A stretch of DNA of 64,000 nt from positions 6,124 through 70,123 of IMG/VR virus record IMGVR_UViG_3300025131_008477. One strand, given 5' to 3'. Within the stretch, counting starts at the first letter, position 1. Each line of letters opens with the position of its first letter. Of the stretch, positions 1 to 10,502 are shown one piece after another. The notes under the pieces were generated by a model. It searched no databases. It was not told the origin of the DNA and was given only the letters and a program-made list of their open reading frames with translations. The translations under genes and the position numbers were made by a program. This DNA is from a virus.

Positions 1-194
1 TTATGAACAACACCCTTACCATAATGATTAAATTCATCTACTTCATCATTATCAATACCATTCTGATATTCTAAATTAAATTGAAATGTATTATCAATTG
101 CATATCCCCTTATATCCTGATAAGAAGATTTCAAATTACCAAGACCAAAACCTGTACTGGCAACGTAGTGTTCATTATCTCTAATCGTTGACAT
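1..194 (-). CDS. Partial CDS running off the left edge (MSTIRDNEHYVASTGFGLGNLKSSY...), probably virion-associated
   Basis: ATG at 194-192 overlaps the upstream TAA (TAATG). The frame is open to position 1. Confidence 0.7.
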   Translation of the reverse strand, partial: MSTIRDNEHYVASTGFGLGNLKSSYQDIRGYAIDNTFQFNLEYQNGIDNDEVDEFNHYGKGVVH

Positions 195-3100
195 TATGCT
201 ACCTTCACCCAAGTATTATCTGGATTGAAATAAATAGTATCACTACCATAATTCCACCCAACTACTCTTCCTATATGACCGGATGTTGCAGATTTTGCAT
301 TTGACGCAGAACCAGGTGTTTCTAAATATAATGCACAACCATTGTCTCCACCAGGGTCATATCCTATATTTGCCATTCCTCTTAATAACATTCCATCTGA
401 TGTTGAATTTGTTCCTGCTGCTAAACCTAATGAAGATGAAGCATTTCCAAGTGAACCAGAATGAGCTAATACCCAACCAGAACCAGTATGAGCATATATA
501 GCACCAGCCACAGTTGTAGTATTTCCAAATTTAACAATATCACCTTGTACATTTCCAGTAGATGATATTGATGATGTTTCATATAATAATTGTGGTGTTG
601 CGTATATGTTACCACTTGCACTTATGTCGCCTTGTACGGTTAGTTTTTTTGTTGGGGTTGCTGTTCCAATTCCAATACGACTATTACCAGCATCACCATA
701 TAAAAGTTCATTTTCACTACTATCATATAAATTAAAATTTGCATCTACCTCACCAGGATTAATATCAAATGAATCACCAGCTTCCATACTAAATTGGTGG
801 CCACCACTACTGAGCTGATAAATAACATTACTTGCATTATCAGCTGATAGTGAATCGAGTGATATATCAACAATATTTGTAATATTAGTTCCATCATCAC
901 CAACGATATTTCCGTTAGCATTAATATCACCAGTTACTGTTAAATCATCGTCTATTTGTACATCATCCGAAGAATGAAAATGTTCTGCAGTTATTGTTCC
1001 ACTTGCACTTATGTTTCCACTTGCGGTTATGTTTGTTAGATTTAAATCACTACTTGCACTTATGTCTCCTTTTACGATTAGTTTTCTCGATGGAGATGTT
1101 ACAAGCTTCATATATTCTGTTGTAGTATCATCTGCTTCATGAAATAATAATTCACCATTAGTATATTGACCTACACCTATTCCATTGGAATCATCGTTGC
1201 CAAATTGAATCATTTTACTTTGACTTATCCATAAGGTGCTAGTTGGATACATCCCCCCAACATACAAATCACCACTTGCACTTATGTCGCCTGCTACGGT
1301 TAGGGTTTTTGTTGGAGCTTGTGTATGAATACCCACATAATTAGTATCACTGCCTGAAATAATTAGATTATCACTATTTGCTGGCATTCCCATACGCCAC
1401 ATATTAGATCCACTTTCTCTAAATAACCACTCCGCTGCACCCGTGCCACTATATCTATCTAAATATACTTGTGCATCTTTTTTGGTACTATTGGATGCTC
1501 TTAAAGATAAACGAGCCTGTCTTGAAGTATCACCTTGAATTTCAACTATTGAAATACCATCTCTAGCCCAACCTGGTTGTGGATTTATTACAGCATAACC
1601 ATCTAAATACAAATCACCACTTGCACTTATGTCGCCTTTTACAGTTAAGGTTTTTGTTGGGGTGGTTGTATTAATACCTATTAATGGTTCTACTAAATAA
1701 GAACCAGTTATAGTCAGAGCTATACCACCCCAGGCCTGAGATAAAATTATTTTTTTTGCTGTTACTGAGTTTCCAATTATCAAGCGATCACTACTGTCAT
1801 ATTGCAATTGGGCTGAAGCGTCTACGTGTGAACCTCCGGTCCATGAAAGTGTTGAATCGTTTTTTAAATACAAATTACCACTTGCACTTATGTCACCTTG
1901 TACGGTTAGTTCTACTGCAGAAGATGGGTGTACGGTTCCAACTGGAGCTTGAGTTGTTCCCGGAGGACCAATAACTGAAGCAGAAGAATATGTTATACCA
2001 CTCGCACTTATGTCACCTTCTACGGTTAGTTCATGTGGTGGTTTTTGTGTGTCTCCACCAACAGCCATTTTTCCGGAATATACATTAAATATAAATCTGG
2101 TTTTGGAACCAGAATTAAAGAAAATATAATCCAGTGCTTCACTACCCCCAGCGGATGCTGCAATCCGAGTTAGATTTACATCTCCCCCAAGACCAGTCCA
2201 CCCAACACTATTCGTAGTTCCAAGTCTAATCCCACCTGATTTGACTATTTTACTACTGGATATGTCTCCTTCTATATCTAAATCACCACTTGCACTTATG
2301 TCGCCTGCTACGGTTAGTTCCATACCCGGAGCTGGTGTTACAGAACCATCTCCACCATGAATAACTGATTGTGAAGAATAATTTACACCACTTGCACTTA
2401 TGTCACCTTGTACGGTTAGGGTTTTTCCACTTGAATATGAACTACCAACGCCTTTTGGTATACCAAATGAAGCTGTTAGAAAACTTCCACTCGGAGCTAT
2501 AATTTCATTCTCTGCTATAATGTCACCACTTGCACTTATGTCGCCTTTTACAGTTAAGGTTTTTGTTGGATCTGATGTTAATATTCCTATTTTTTCATTT
2601 GAACCAGATACAAAAAATAAATGATCATTTGTATCACCATCAACTCTAAAATCAAACGGTCTATTTTGAGTATTAATTTGTACCATAAAAGGAGTAATTC
2701 CCAACTTTGGGAAGTCTCTAGATAATGGATTAGAATCACCCTCTGTTGAAACATAAAATCCTAAATTATTATTAGTGACATCATATGAATTATTATTAAA
2801 TTCTATAGATAAATTAGTTGATGAATCTGCGTCTCTAATTTCATCTGTTGATATATATCCAGCCATCAATGATTCAGTAATGTAATTATAAGACAATCTG
2901 TTGACATCCAAATTATTAACACCACTTATATTAAAAGTAATAGATTTTGAAGCACTAATCTGATATTCATCCAACTCATCATTATACCCAATTAATAAAT
3001 CATTTCTCGGAGCTATTGATGCTGAAGTTAATTGAAACTTAATATATCTATCACTTTCTCTGTCTATTTTAAATGGTAAATCAGATGTAACTGTACCTAT

Positions 3101-3613
3101 ATTAGATAATGCCATATTATTTACAACATTTAATGATTCTGCTACAACATCTCCCCTAAAATAATGTCTTTCAGAACCACTAACCAATCTAAACTCATCT
3201 GTAAAATACCACAAATCCTCCGCTAATCCAAGTGATGTACAAACCTTTTCACCAAAAAACTTAAATCTTCTTAATTTATCAGAACCGGTTATTCCATTTG
3301 TAATAAATTGTATAGAACCAGTATCCGTTCCATCATTGAGACTGGAAGAAAGATACATATCATTTTTAAATGTTTTATTTACATTAAATTGGTCAGCTGA
3401 AGAAGAAAATATAAATGCATTTTGAAAGGAACAAGAAATTGAACCAGTTATTCTATTCCAAACTTGTGATGACGACATTGCATAATTAGAAAAATTATCA
3501 CTATTAAATAATGATTGACTAATTGAGGCAGTATTTTGGTTTTCACACGCAATGTATGAAAATTGTTTACCACCAACTGTTTCTTCTAAAATTCTTAAAC
3601 CATATTTTGCCAT
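194..3613 (-). CDS. Tail fibre-like protein with repeated IGIxTxxPTKxLTVxGDISASG modules (1139 aa)
   Basis: About 10 (G/N)DISASG repeats separated by variable segments. Gly/Ser/Thr-rich, with IGIGTATP-type fibre motifs. Confidence 0.75.
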   Translation of the reverse strand: MAKYGLRILEETVGGKQFSYIACENQNTASISQSLFNSDNFSNYAMSSSQVWNRITGSISCSFQNAFIFSSSADQFNVNKTFKNDMYLSSSLNDGTDTGSIQFITNGITGSDKLRRFKFFGEKVCTSLGLAEDLWYFTDEFRLVSGSERHYFRGDVVAESLNVVNNMALSNIGTVTSDLPFKIDRESDRYIKFQLTSASIAPRNDLLIGYNDELDEYQISASKSITFNISGVNNLDVNRLSYNYITESLMAGYISTDEIRDADSSTNLSIEFNNNSYDVTNNNLGFYVSTEGDSNPLSRDFPKLGITPFMVQINTQNRPFDFRVDGDTNDHLFFVSGSNEKIGILTSDPTKTLTVKGDISASGDIIAENEIIAPSGSFLTASFGIPKGVGSSYSSGKTLTVQGDISASGVNYSSQSVIHGGDGSVTPAPGMELTVAGDISASGDLDIEGDISSSKIVKSGGIRLGTTNSVGWTGLGGDVNLTRIAASAGGSEALDYIFFNSGSKTRFIFNVYSGKMAVGGDTQKPPHELTVEGDISASGITYSSASVIGPPGTTQAPVGTVHPSSAVELTVQGDISASGNLYLKNDSTLSWTGGSHVDASAQLQYDSSDRLIIGNSVTAKKIILSQAWGGIALTITGSYLVEPLIGINTTTPTKTLTVKGDISASGDLYLDGYAVINPQPGWARDGISIVEIQGDTSRQARLSLRASNSTKKDAQVYLDRYSGTGAAEWLFRESGSNMWRMGMPANSDNLIISGSDTNYVGIHTQAPTKTLTVAGDISASGDLYVGGMYPTSTLWISQSKMIQFGNDDSNGIGVGQYTNGELLFHEADDTTTEYMKLVTSPSRKLIVKGDISASSDLNLTNITASGNISASGTITAEHFHSSDDVQIDDDLTVTGDINANGNIVGDDGTNITNIVDISLDSLSADNASNVIYQLSSGGHQFSMEAGDSFDINPGEVDANFNLYDSSENELLYGDAGNSRIGIGTATPTKKLTVQGDISASGNIYATPQLLYETSSISSTGNVQGDIVKFGNTTTVAGAIYAHTGSGWVLAHSGSLGNASSSLGLAAGTNSTSDGMLLRGMANIGYDPGGDNGCALYLETPGSASNAKSATSGHIGRVVGWNYGSDTIYFNPDNTWVKVA
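612..2570 (-). repeat. Dispersed intragenic DNA repeat, coding-strand core GACATAAGTGCAAGTGG, about 10 copies
   Basis: Plus-strand ccacttgcacttatg (or 1-mismatch variants) at about 612, 999, 1051, 1272, 1617, 1878, 1998, 2286, 2388 and 2526. Confidence 0.9.
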
Positions 3614-3622
3614 AAAAAATTC

Positions 3623-4885
3623 CTAATTTGGGGCTCGGTCTCCTGATGTATTAGATATAATAAAAATGGGATCACCATTACTATCAAATTTTTGACCAAT
3701 TTTTGATGAAAATGGAGCTTGACCGAAACTGAATTGACCGGCTGTTGTTGTTACCAGTACTCTATTTGAAGCTCCAAATACAGTACTACCAGGAGATACC
3801 ATACCAGTACCATTCATCTCCAACCAATATCCAGTACCTGGATATTCTAACGTAAATTCATGTCCAGTTGATGAAGATCCTGAAAATGGATATGTATTCA
3901 AAGCTGATTGATTATATGAATTTGTAAATCTTAATCTAAATTTCATTTTAGTTGTCTGACCGGAAGGAGCTATAAAGAATTCAACCGGTACACTAAAGAC
4001 AGCTGAAACAGGGTTTATTCCTTCAGCATAATCCGGATGAATTCCTTCTTCAAAAATTGTACTGTAAGGTGTACCATCCGTATTAATTAATGGCCTGTTT
4101 CCCATTGGTTTCCAGTCCGGGTCAGTCGAATTAGGAATAGATCCACTTTTCCAATAATCTACATTAATTTGATGAACTTTTCCACTATATGTTTGTAAAT
4201 TACTAGCACTTATGGTAATTAAACTCTGTTGAGGTATTGGTTGGTCACTGTCATCCTCTCCTTCAACGATAATAGATTCACTCATAAAAAGTGCACCACT
4301 TCCGCTAGTCATTTCATTTGGATTTTTAAATATTATTGGTGATATATTATTATTATAATAAAGTTGGGTAGTACCAATATCAGTTGTTGATTGAATTGTC
4401 ATATCTAAATCTAAAAGAATAGTACTTCTTACATTATAAAGATTTCTCCAATGTGGATTTTGAGTGTCTGATATACCAACAACGGTCATAGTAGCATAAC
4501 CTTCTACGACTTGTTCATATGTTCTCAAAGGATCTTGTTTTATCCATAAATATCCCATAAATTTTAAACTATCCCCACTATGTAATGGAGTTACATCAGA
4601 AAATATAACTAATCCATTACTATCCTTAACTTCAAAAAGAATATTAGAACCTTGTTTTAAATTTGGATATCCACTTACTATTGGATTAATTGATATTCTA
4701 AAACCATGTTTTCCATAAGATAAAGAAGGTGTGGTGTTATTTGGAAGATCACCAAAAGATACATTAAAATATGTACCCATATTAACATCTCCTACTGGAG
4801 ATCCAGACATATCAATTTCATCTAAATTAAGTACAGCTGGGTATAGTATATCCTGGCTAAATTTCGGTGGAAATGTTTTTGGCAC
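3623..4885 (-). CDS. Hypothetical virion structural protein (420 aa)
   Basis: Long ORF with GTG start and AGGAG SD, a TATTTATA promoter motif upstream, and SGS/SAS-rich like the tail proteins. Confidence 0.6.
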   Translation of the reverse strand: MPKTFPPKFSQDILYPAVLNLDEIDMSGSPVGDVNMGTYFNVSFGDLPNNTTPSLSYGKHGFRISINPIVSGYPNLKQGSNILFEVKDSNGLVIFSDVTPLHSGDSLKFMGYLWIKQDPLRTYEQVVEGYATMTVVGISDTQNPHWRNLYNVRSTILLDLDMTIQSTTDIGTTQLYYNNNISPIIFKNPNEMTSGSGALFMSESIIVEGEDDSDQPIPQQSLITISASNLQTYSGKVHQINVDYWKSGSIPNSTDPDWKPMGNRPLINTDGTPYSTIFEEGIHPDYAEGINPVSAVFSVPVEFFIAPSGQTTKMKFRLRFTNSYNQSALNTYPFSGSSSTGHEFTLEYPGTGYWLEMNGTGMVSPGSTVFGASNRVLVTTTAGQFSFGQAPFSSKIGQKFDSNGDPIFIISNTSGDRAPN

Positions 4886-4916
4886 TACAATTCTCCTATT
4901 TATATAACTTGTCTTA

Positions 4917-4925
4917 TATAAATAT
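4917..4925 (-). promoter_or_regulatory. Putative phage late promoter motif (sense ATATTTATA)
   Basis: The same motif lies upstream of minus-strand units at 22154, 41411, 46429, 47746, 48885, 54064 and 54214. Confidence 0.65.
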
Positions 4926-4940
4926 ATAAAAGTTTAGTAT

Positions 4941-7900
4941 TTAGGAATAAATAACTTTACTAAGTCCGTTGTTTATGTTAATAGGAATTAACATATCCAT
5001 GTAATCTTTGATTGTATCGAGGTGTGTGATAATCATCACAAAGTCAAATTGTGTTTTTAGATACTGAAAAGCCCCTTCCATATTGGCTATATTATCACTA
5101 TCTAATGTACCAAATCCCTCATCAACGATTATAAAGTTAGGTCGTGGAAGTGTGGAAACATTGATTAATCCTATACGAATTGCAAGAGATGATACAAATC
5201 TTTCCATACCACTTGATAATTCAAGATTCCATTTATCGTCAGCATAACAGATAAATGCATCTATATTCTTATCTTTCATTTCAAGTTCTATATGGAAACC
5301 AGCCATCATATTCTCTAATACGTGATTTACTTCTCTTTCGATTGCTGGAATAGCTTTTGCTATCAATTCATATGGAATACCATCTTTTGAAAGTGTCATA
5401 AGATATAAATCATAATCAAGAATCTTCTGTTCTGTATCTATAAGTTCTTGTATATCTCTTTCAATGTTTTGTTTTTGATTTTTTGCTACTGATAAAGTAG
5501 ATAAAACTTCTTTATATTTGTTATCTACTTCTATATTATCCATTTGTAATTTAGATAATTTTTCTGTTATATCTGAAATTTGTTCATTTAATTTATGATT
5601 ACTTTCAATCTTTTCTTCTGATTTATAATATGATGAAATTCTTTCTTCATTATTTGCAATCTCTGTTTCTAAGTGTTCTAATCTTGCTTCCATTTGAGCA
5701 ATTTTTCCACCGATCTTTACAGCATCATGTGATACTTGACTTAATTCATCTTGAAATCTAGCGAACTCTTCTTTGTTTTCTTCTGCATCTTCTACTTTAC
5801 CAAAATTATGTTTGTATATTGTATGCATTCCCATAGCAGCTGTGTGTTCATTTTCAAGTTGTTGTAATTTATTTTGATGATGTTCTTGTTCTTGTATTTG
5901 TTCTTCACCATTTTTTAAACAATACTCACAATTTTCATCATATTGAAATTTTTCTAAATCTTTTAGATGAGATTTTAAAGATTTTATCTTAGATTCAGTT
6001 ATTTTTATATTGGATTCTGTATCTCTTAAAGATGATTTTAAACCCTTATATTCTTCATAATCATCTTGTATTTTTTCTTCATCTATCTCTGCAAGTTTTT
6101 CGTGATATTCCATATATAAAGGTCTTAATGTTTCTTTATATTCACTATCCTCTTCAAATTGTTTTTCTAATTGTTTTTGTTCTGTTAAAAATTCATCTGC
6201 TTGTTTGTGTAACTCATCAATATCATAAGATTCATCTATTTTATATAAACCTCTAACTAACTCTAATTTCTTACCTTCCAAGTCTACAATCTGTTTCATT
6301 AAATCTTGATCTTGTTTATTTAAACCATCTTGTTTTTCTTCTAAATCTACTATTTGATTTTCTGTTTTAGCTAATTCTCTATAACTATCTTTCTTTTGAA
6401 ACCTTTTAAGTGATACTCTTTCATCATTTGAATCTGATTTAGCTACAGCTTCTAATTGTTCAAAGATATCAATATCCATAAAAGTAGATAAAACTTTCTT
6501 TCTTTCGGCTTGTTTTTTGTCTATAAAGTTCATTCCATTGGTTTGTAAAGAAAGACTTGTTAGAATAAAATCATCAAATGTCCCCAACACTCTTCGTATC
6601 TCTTCATTTGTTCCACCACCATATTGTGAATTAAAACGAGCTGCCCCACTTAAATCTACTTCCTCACCACTATCATCAATCATATAGAATCGCACTTTGA
6701 CAGGACACATATGAGATTTAGTTCCATCTCTATGTTGTCTAACCTTATATTCAGCATCTCTCTCAATCCAATAGTCTAATCCGTTGATTTCAAGATTAAG
6801 TCTAGCTCTAAATGTCTGTTTCTTCTTATTCATCACATCAAGAGCCCTATTTGTTCTACTACACATATCATATATAGAATATGAGATAGCATCCATAAGA
6901 GCAGACTTACCAGAATGGTTAGGAGCTACAACTCCGACAGTTCCATTGAGTTTTGTAAAGTCAATTTTATTACCTTTACCATAACAGAACATATTATCGA
7001 ATTCAAATGACTTAATTTTCCAATCTACATTTCTTGTTATATCACCATCGTATATTTCAGGTGAATTATTTGTTAATTCATTTATTTTCTTAACTCTTTT
7101 TATTGATTCATCGTCTATACCTATAGCATTTCGTTTCAGAAAATCTTCTATAAGTTCGTTCTGATAATTTAAATCTCTAACATCACCAATATCTAATTTA
7201 TTTTCTCTATCATCTCCAATAGAAAGATTATCTTGTCTTTCAGTTACAACATCTTTAAGTTTTGGATATTTTCGCCGTAAATCCATCTGTATGTCTTTGA
7301 TTTGTTCAAGAGTTGTATCCCAATATTTAATTTTAACTCTACCTTTTATTGGCACAAAATTCATTTTATTTTGTATTACACCACTCTCTACATTTATAAT
7401 CTTAAATCCATAATCATTTTTTACAGGGTGGTATTCAGCTTTCTTTGTTTCTAAATCCCAAAGTAAAAATCCATGTGATGGTCTTTCTCCAAAATTCTGT
7501 TGAATAAGAGAACCAGGATAACCAATAGTTTTATCATCATTTAAGAATTGTCTCTTATGAATATCACCCAACAAAACTACATCATATCCATCAAATGTAT
7601 CAAGTTTTACATGCTCATCTCTAACTACAAAATTGTTATCATATTCGTGTTTATCTACACCACCATGAAATAATGCTACTGTTTTATGAGCTCTCAAAGT
7701 TTTTGGGTCTGGTAAATTATTGGTAAGTTGGTTTCCACCTTTATCTCTATCGTATATTGACATCACACCGAAATCTACATCATCAAGTGTGTAAGTTCCC
7801 GATTTTTTCCAATAATGAAGATGTGGGTCAATTTTTTTAACCAAATCTATAATAGGTGAAAGCGTATCCTCTCTTGATTTGTTGTTGAGATTACAATCAT

Positions 7901-8144
7901 GGTTTCCAGGTATAACAATAGTTGTGGCTATTTTACACAAAGATAAAAAGAAATTTGCTACCATTCTAACCTCTTCGGGTGAAGTATCTAACTTCCCATG
8001 AACTACATCACCACCTATGTATATAAGATCTGGTTTTACAACTCTTAATTGTTTATATAACTTTTTAAATACTTGTCTGTATTCTACAAATCTATGTAAC
8101 TTACGGATATGAATATCCGCAAGATGAGCTATTGTTTTTATCAC
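4941..8144 (-). CDS. Fused Mre11/SbcD nuclease and Rad50/SbcC ATPase (T4 gp47-gp46-like), 1067 aa
   Basis: Metallophosphoesterase motifs DIH, GGDVVH, GNHD and GDIH. Walker A PNHSGKS, coiled coil with CEYC zinc hook, signature LSSGME, Walker B/D-loop IVDEGFGTLD, H-loop ITH. Confidence 0.92.
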   Translation of the reverse strand: MIKTIAHLADIHIRKLHRFVEYRQVFKKLYKQLRVVKPDLIYIGGDVVHGKLDTSPEEVRMVANFFLSLCKIATTIVIPGNHDCNLNNKSREDTLSPIIDLVKKIDPHLHYWKKSGTYTLDDVDFGVMSIYDRDKGGNQLTNNLPDPKTLRAHKTVALFHGGVDKHEYDNNFVVRDEHVKLDTFDGYDVVLLGDIHKRQFLNDDKTIGYPGSLIQQNFGERPSHGFLLWDLETKKAEYHPVKNDYGFKIINVESGVIQNKMNFVPIKGRVKIKYWDTTLEQIKDIQMDLRRKYPKLKDVVTERQDNLSIGDDRENKLDIGDVRDLNYQNELIEDFLKRNAIGIDDESIKRVKKINELTNNSPEIYDGDITRNVDWKIKSFEFDNMFCYGKGNKIDFTKLNGTVGVVAPNHSGKSALMDAISYSIYDMCSRTNRALDVMNKKKQTFRARLNLEINGLDYWIERDAEYKVRQHRDGTKSHMCPVKVRFYMIDDSGEEVDLSGAARFNSQYGGGTNEEIRRVLGTFDDFILTSLSLQTNGMNFIDKKQAERKKVLSTFMDIDIFEQLEAVAKSDSNDERVSLKRFQKKDSYRELAKTENQIVDLEEKQDGLNKQDQDLMKQIVDLEGKKLELVRGLYKIDESYDIDELHKQADEFLTEQKQLEKQFEEDSEYKETLRPLYMEYHEKLAEIDEEKIQDDYEEYKGLKSSLRDTESNIKITESKIKSLKSHLKDLEKFQYDENCEYCLKNGEEQIQEQEHHQNKLQQLENEHTAAMGMHTIYKHNFGKVEDAEENKEEFARFQDELSQVSHDAVKIGGKIAQMEARLEHLETEIANNEERISSYYKSEEKIESNHKLNEQISDITEKLSKLQMDNIEVDNKYKEVLSTLSVAKNQKQNIERDIQELIDTEQKILDYDLYLMTLSKDGIPYELIAKAIPAIEREVNHVLENMMAGFHIELEMKDKNIDAFICYADDKWNLELSSGMERFVSSLAIRIGLINVSTLPRPNFIIVDEGFGTLDSDNIANMEGAFQYLKTQFDFVMIITHLDTIKDYMDMLIPININNGLSKVIYS

Positions 8145-9040
8145 TCAAATTCTCCTATTTTCATTTTAATAAATGAAACCATTTCTTCTGCTATATTTTT
8201 CTTTGTAAATGTTTCTGTACCTTCAAAACCTGGATTTGAATTTACCTCACATATTTTATACCCCTCACCATCAAATAATAAATCTACACCAGCTATATCT
8301 AAATTAAGAACTTTAGATGATTCTGTAGATAACCATTCAATTTGTTCATTTACCTCATACGGAAATCCTTCACCACCACGATTAAGATTTGCTCTAAAAT
8401 CTTCATCCGTTGCTCTTCTCATCATACAACCAACAACTTTATTATTTACTACTAGTACTCTTAAATCTTTTCCCCAACTATCTTTTATAAGTTCTTGTAT
8501 AATAATATCATATCGTGGATTTGTAAGTTCAGCCATTGTAATCAACTGTCGTAATTGTTTCTTATTATCTGCAATAAACACACCCTTACCATAACTACCA
8601 CTTATTGTTTTTATAATAACAGGAAATCCAAGATGTTTTTGAACAAAATCTACATCAATTGGATGTTTTAATAACAATGTTTTTGGAATATCAAGATTTG
8701 ATTGTGCAAGTATCTGATGTGAATATAACTTATCTTTTACATTATCTATAGCATCACTGCCATTTATAACCACCACCCCCATTCTCTCAAAATGTCGTAT
8801 AACTGCTTTTATATAATAAGTTGTTCCACTACCTGTTCTTGGAAATACAAATTTAGGTAATGATAATGATTCTCCATTAACTAATATAGAACTTTTATTA
8901 TCTTTATTAACAAAAATATCTATTTCAGTTGGATTAATAATTCTAACACTAACATCATGATTCTTAAATTCTTCAACCAATCTATTTGTTTCATAAGAAT
9001 CGTGAAATTGTGGTTTAACCAATAACCAACCACTAACCAT
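8141..9040 (-). CDS. rimK: RimK-family ATP-grasp alpha-L-glutamate ligase
   Basis: DK...QILA, FPVIIKTISGSYGKGV, IQELI, DLRVLVV, FRANLNRGG, AGVDLL and CEVNSNPGFEG motifs. Confidence 0.88.
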   Translation of the reverse strand: MVSGWLLVKPQFHDSYETNRLVEEFKNHDVSVRIINPTEIDIFVNKDNKSSILVNGESLSLPKFVFPRTGSGTTYYIKAVIRHFERMGVVVINGSDAIDNVKDKLYSHQILAQSNLDIPKTLLLKHPIDVDFVQKHLGFPVIIKTISGSYGKGVFIADNKKQLRQLITMAELTNPRYDIIIQELIKDSWGKDLRVLVVNNKVVGCMMRRATDEDFRANLNRGGEGFPYEVNEQIEWLSTESSKVLNLDIAGVDLLFDGEGYKICEVNSNPGFEGTETFTKKNIAEEMVSFIKMKIGEFE

Positions 9041-9950
9041 ATAATTTTCCCTTAATAATATCTGAAAATGTAGATTGTTCCGTTTGTTTTATTCTATTCC
9101 AAAACTCTTCAAAACCTAATTCTGATGGATCTTTTTCTTTCATACTTAATAAGTATGCCTCAATTCCACTATCCATCAAAAACTTAACCAACTTAGCAGC
9201 ATCCTTTTTTGCATCTGTATCTAATGCTACATATACCTTCTTAACTTTTTTTGTAACCAATTTCTTTACTAATGACTTTGATGGAAATTTACCGAGAAGA
9301 GGTATTACATTTTTTCTAACAGCAATTGCATCAAATGAACCTTCTACTAATACAATAGGTTCATTCCAATTTATGAATAATTCAAATACTACTGTATCCT
9401 TTGACATTGGTGGATTTTTATATTTAAATCTACTATTTGGAAAGATATCACGAGCTATAAAATAATTAAGTTTTCCATCTTCATCGTATGATGGTATAAT
9501 AACTCTATTACTATAAATTCCATTAATACAATATCCGATACTATACCTTAATATCTCCTTTGGACCTATTCTTCTTTTCTTTAAATAATGAATAGCATTC
9601 TTATATATAGGATCTTCTGATTTTAAATACAATGGTTTATATTCCTTCGGTAAACTAACATCATGTATAGTTTCTTTTTGGTCTGTTTCATAACTTATGT
9701 AATCATTTAGAAGTTGTAATACTTCTTTTATTAAATGACTTGGCGCATTTATCTTTCGTAAAAGAATACCTATTTTATAACCACCTTTATTACAAACCCA
9801 ACAATGCCACTTTTGAGTTTTAAAATTCACTTGTAACTTCTTCTTATGGTGATGACAAAATGGACAAAAAAAGGCATTTTCACCATTTTTTAACTGGTAA
9901 CTCTTACCCATCACTTTTTCCAATATGGTAAGTAATTGTAAATTATACAT
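9033..9950 (-). CDS. DNA primase (DnaG/gp61-like)
   Basis: Zinc finger CPFCHH...CWVC, then RVIIP and KYKNP, with TOPRIM motifs VEGSFD and ALDTDA and KDPSE. Confidence 0.88.
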   Translation of the reverse strand: MYNLQLLTILEKVMGKSYQLKNGENAFFCPFCHHHKKKLQVNFKTQKWHCWVCNKGGYKIGILLRKINAPSHLIKEVLQLLNDYISYETDQKETIHDVSLPKEYKPLYLKSEDPIYKNAIHYLKKRRIGPKEILRYSIGYCINGIYSNRVIIPSYDEDGKLNYFIARDIFPNSRFKYKNPPMSKDTVVFELFINWNEPIVLVEGSFDAIAVRKNVIPLLGKFPSKSLVKKLVTKKVKKVYVALDTDAKKDAAKLVKFLMDSGIEAYLLSMKEKDPSELGFEEFWNRIKQTEQSTFSDIIKGKLYG

Positions 9951-9956
9951 TAGTAT

Positions 9957-9987
9957 AATATACTACTATTTTACTATATAAATCAAG
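9957..9987 (-). promoter_or_regulatory. Sigma70-type promoter (CTTGATT-N18-TATATT) upstream of primase
   Basis: Same architecture as the elements at about 45473, 48248, 51608 and 59245. Confidence 0.55.
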
Positions 9988-10495
9988 CTTTTTCTTTAAA
10001 AAGTGACATAACCAATCCGTCATATGCATCAATATTCCGTTTATCCCAATTTCCCCTTGTTGTGTGTTTACACCATTTCTTTGTATCATATAACTCTTCT
10101 ATTTGTCTTTTAACGAAATCTTTCGCTTTAATACCCTTAACTCTCGCTTTACCGAAAACTTGTTTACGAGCCGTCATAGGATTCACATTTTTTACTTCAA
10201 TATCAAATGTATCCTCTATCACATAACAAAGAACAGCGTTAAACTTTGCAAGTTTAACAATGACCTGTTGAGATGTCCTTCCACCAGCAAATCCTGATAG
10301 ATTATCCTCAACATATACTTTTTTAACATCATCAATATACGAACTTTCATTGATACGAGTCAAGACATAAAATGCTTTTTCTTTGTGAGTTGTGAATTTT
10401 TTGATATCGATGAAACCCATATCAAGTATTTTTTTGTTTTCTGTAAATGCATATCCTACACAAGATGTGGATATGTCTAACCCCAATATAACCAT
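9983..10495 (-). CDS. RuvC-like Holliday junction resolvase
   Basis: ILGLDISTSCVGYA, VYVED and C-terminal DAYDG acidic RNase H-fold residues. Confidence 0.8.
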   Translation of the reverse strand: MVILGLDISTSCVGYAFTENKKILDMGFIDIKKFTTHKEKAFYVLTRINESSYIDDVKKVYVEDNLSGFAGGRTSQQVIVKLAKFNAVLCYVIEDTFDIEVKNVNPMTARKQVFGKARVKGIKAKDFVKRQIEELYDTKKWCKHTTRGNWDKRNIDAYDGLVMSLFKEKA

Positions 10496-10502
10496 ATTTT
10501 TC

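Noticed and set aside
612-2570. Fibre repeats as a CRISPR array
   Set aside because: Spacers are 50-390 nt and irregular, the repeats are in frame within a long ORF, and no cas genes are present.
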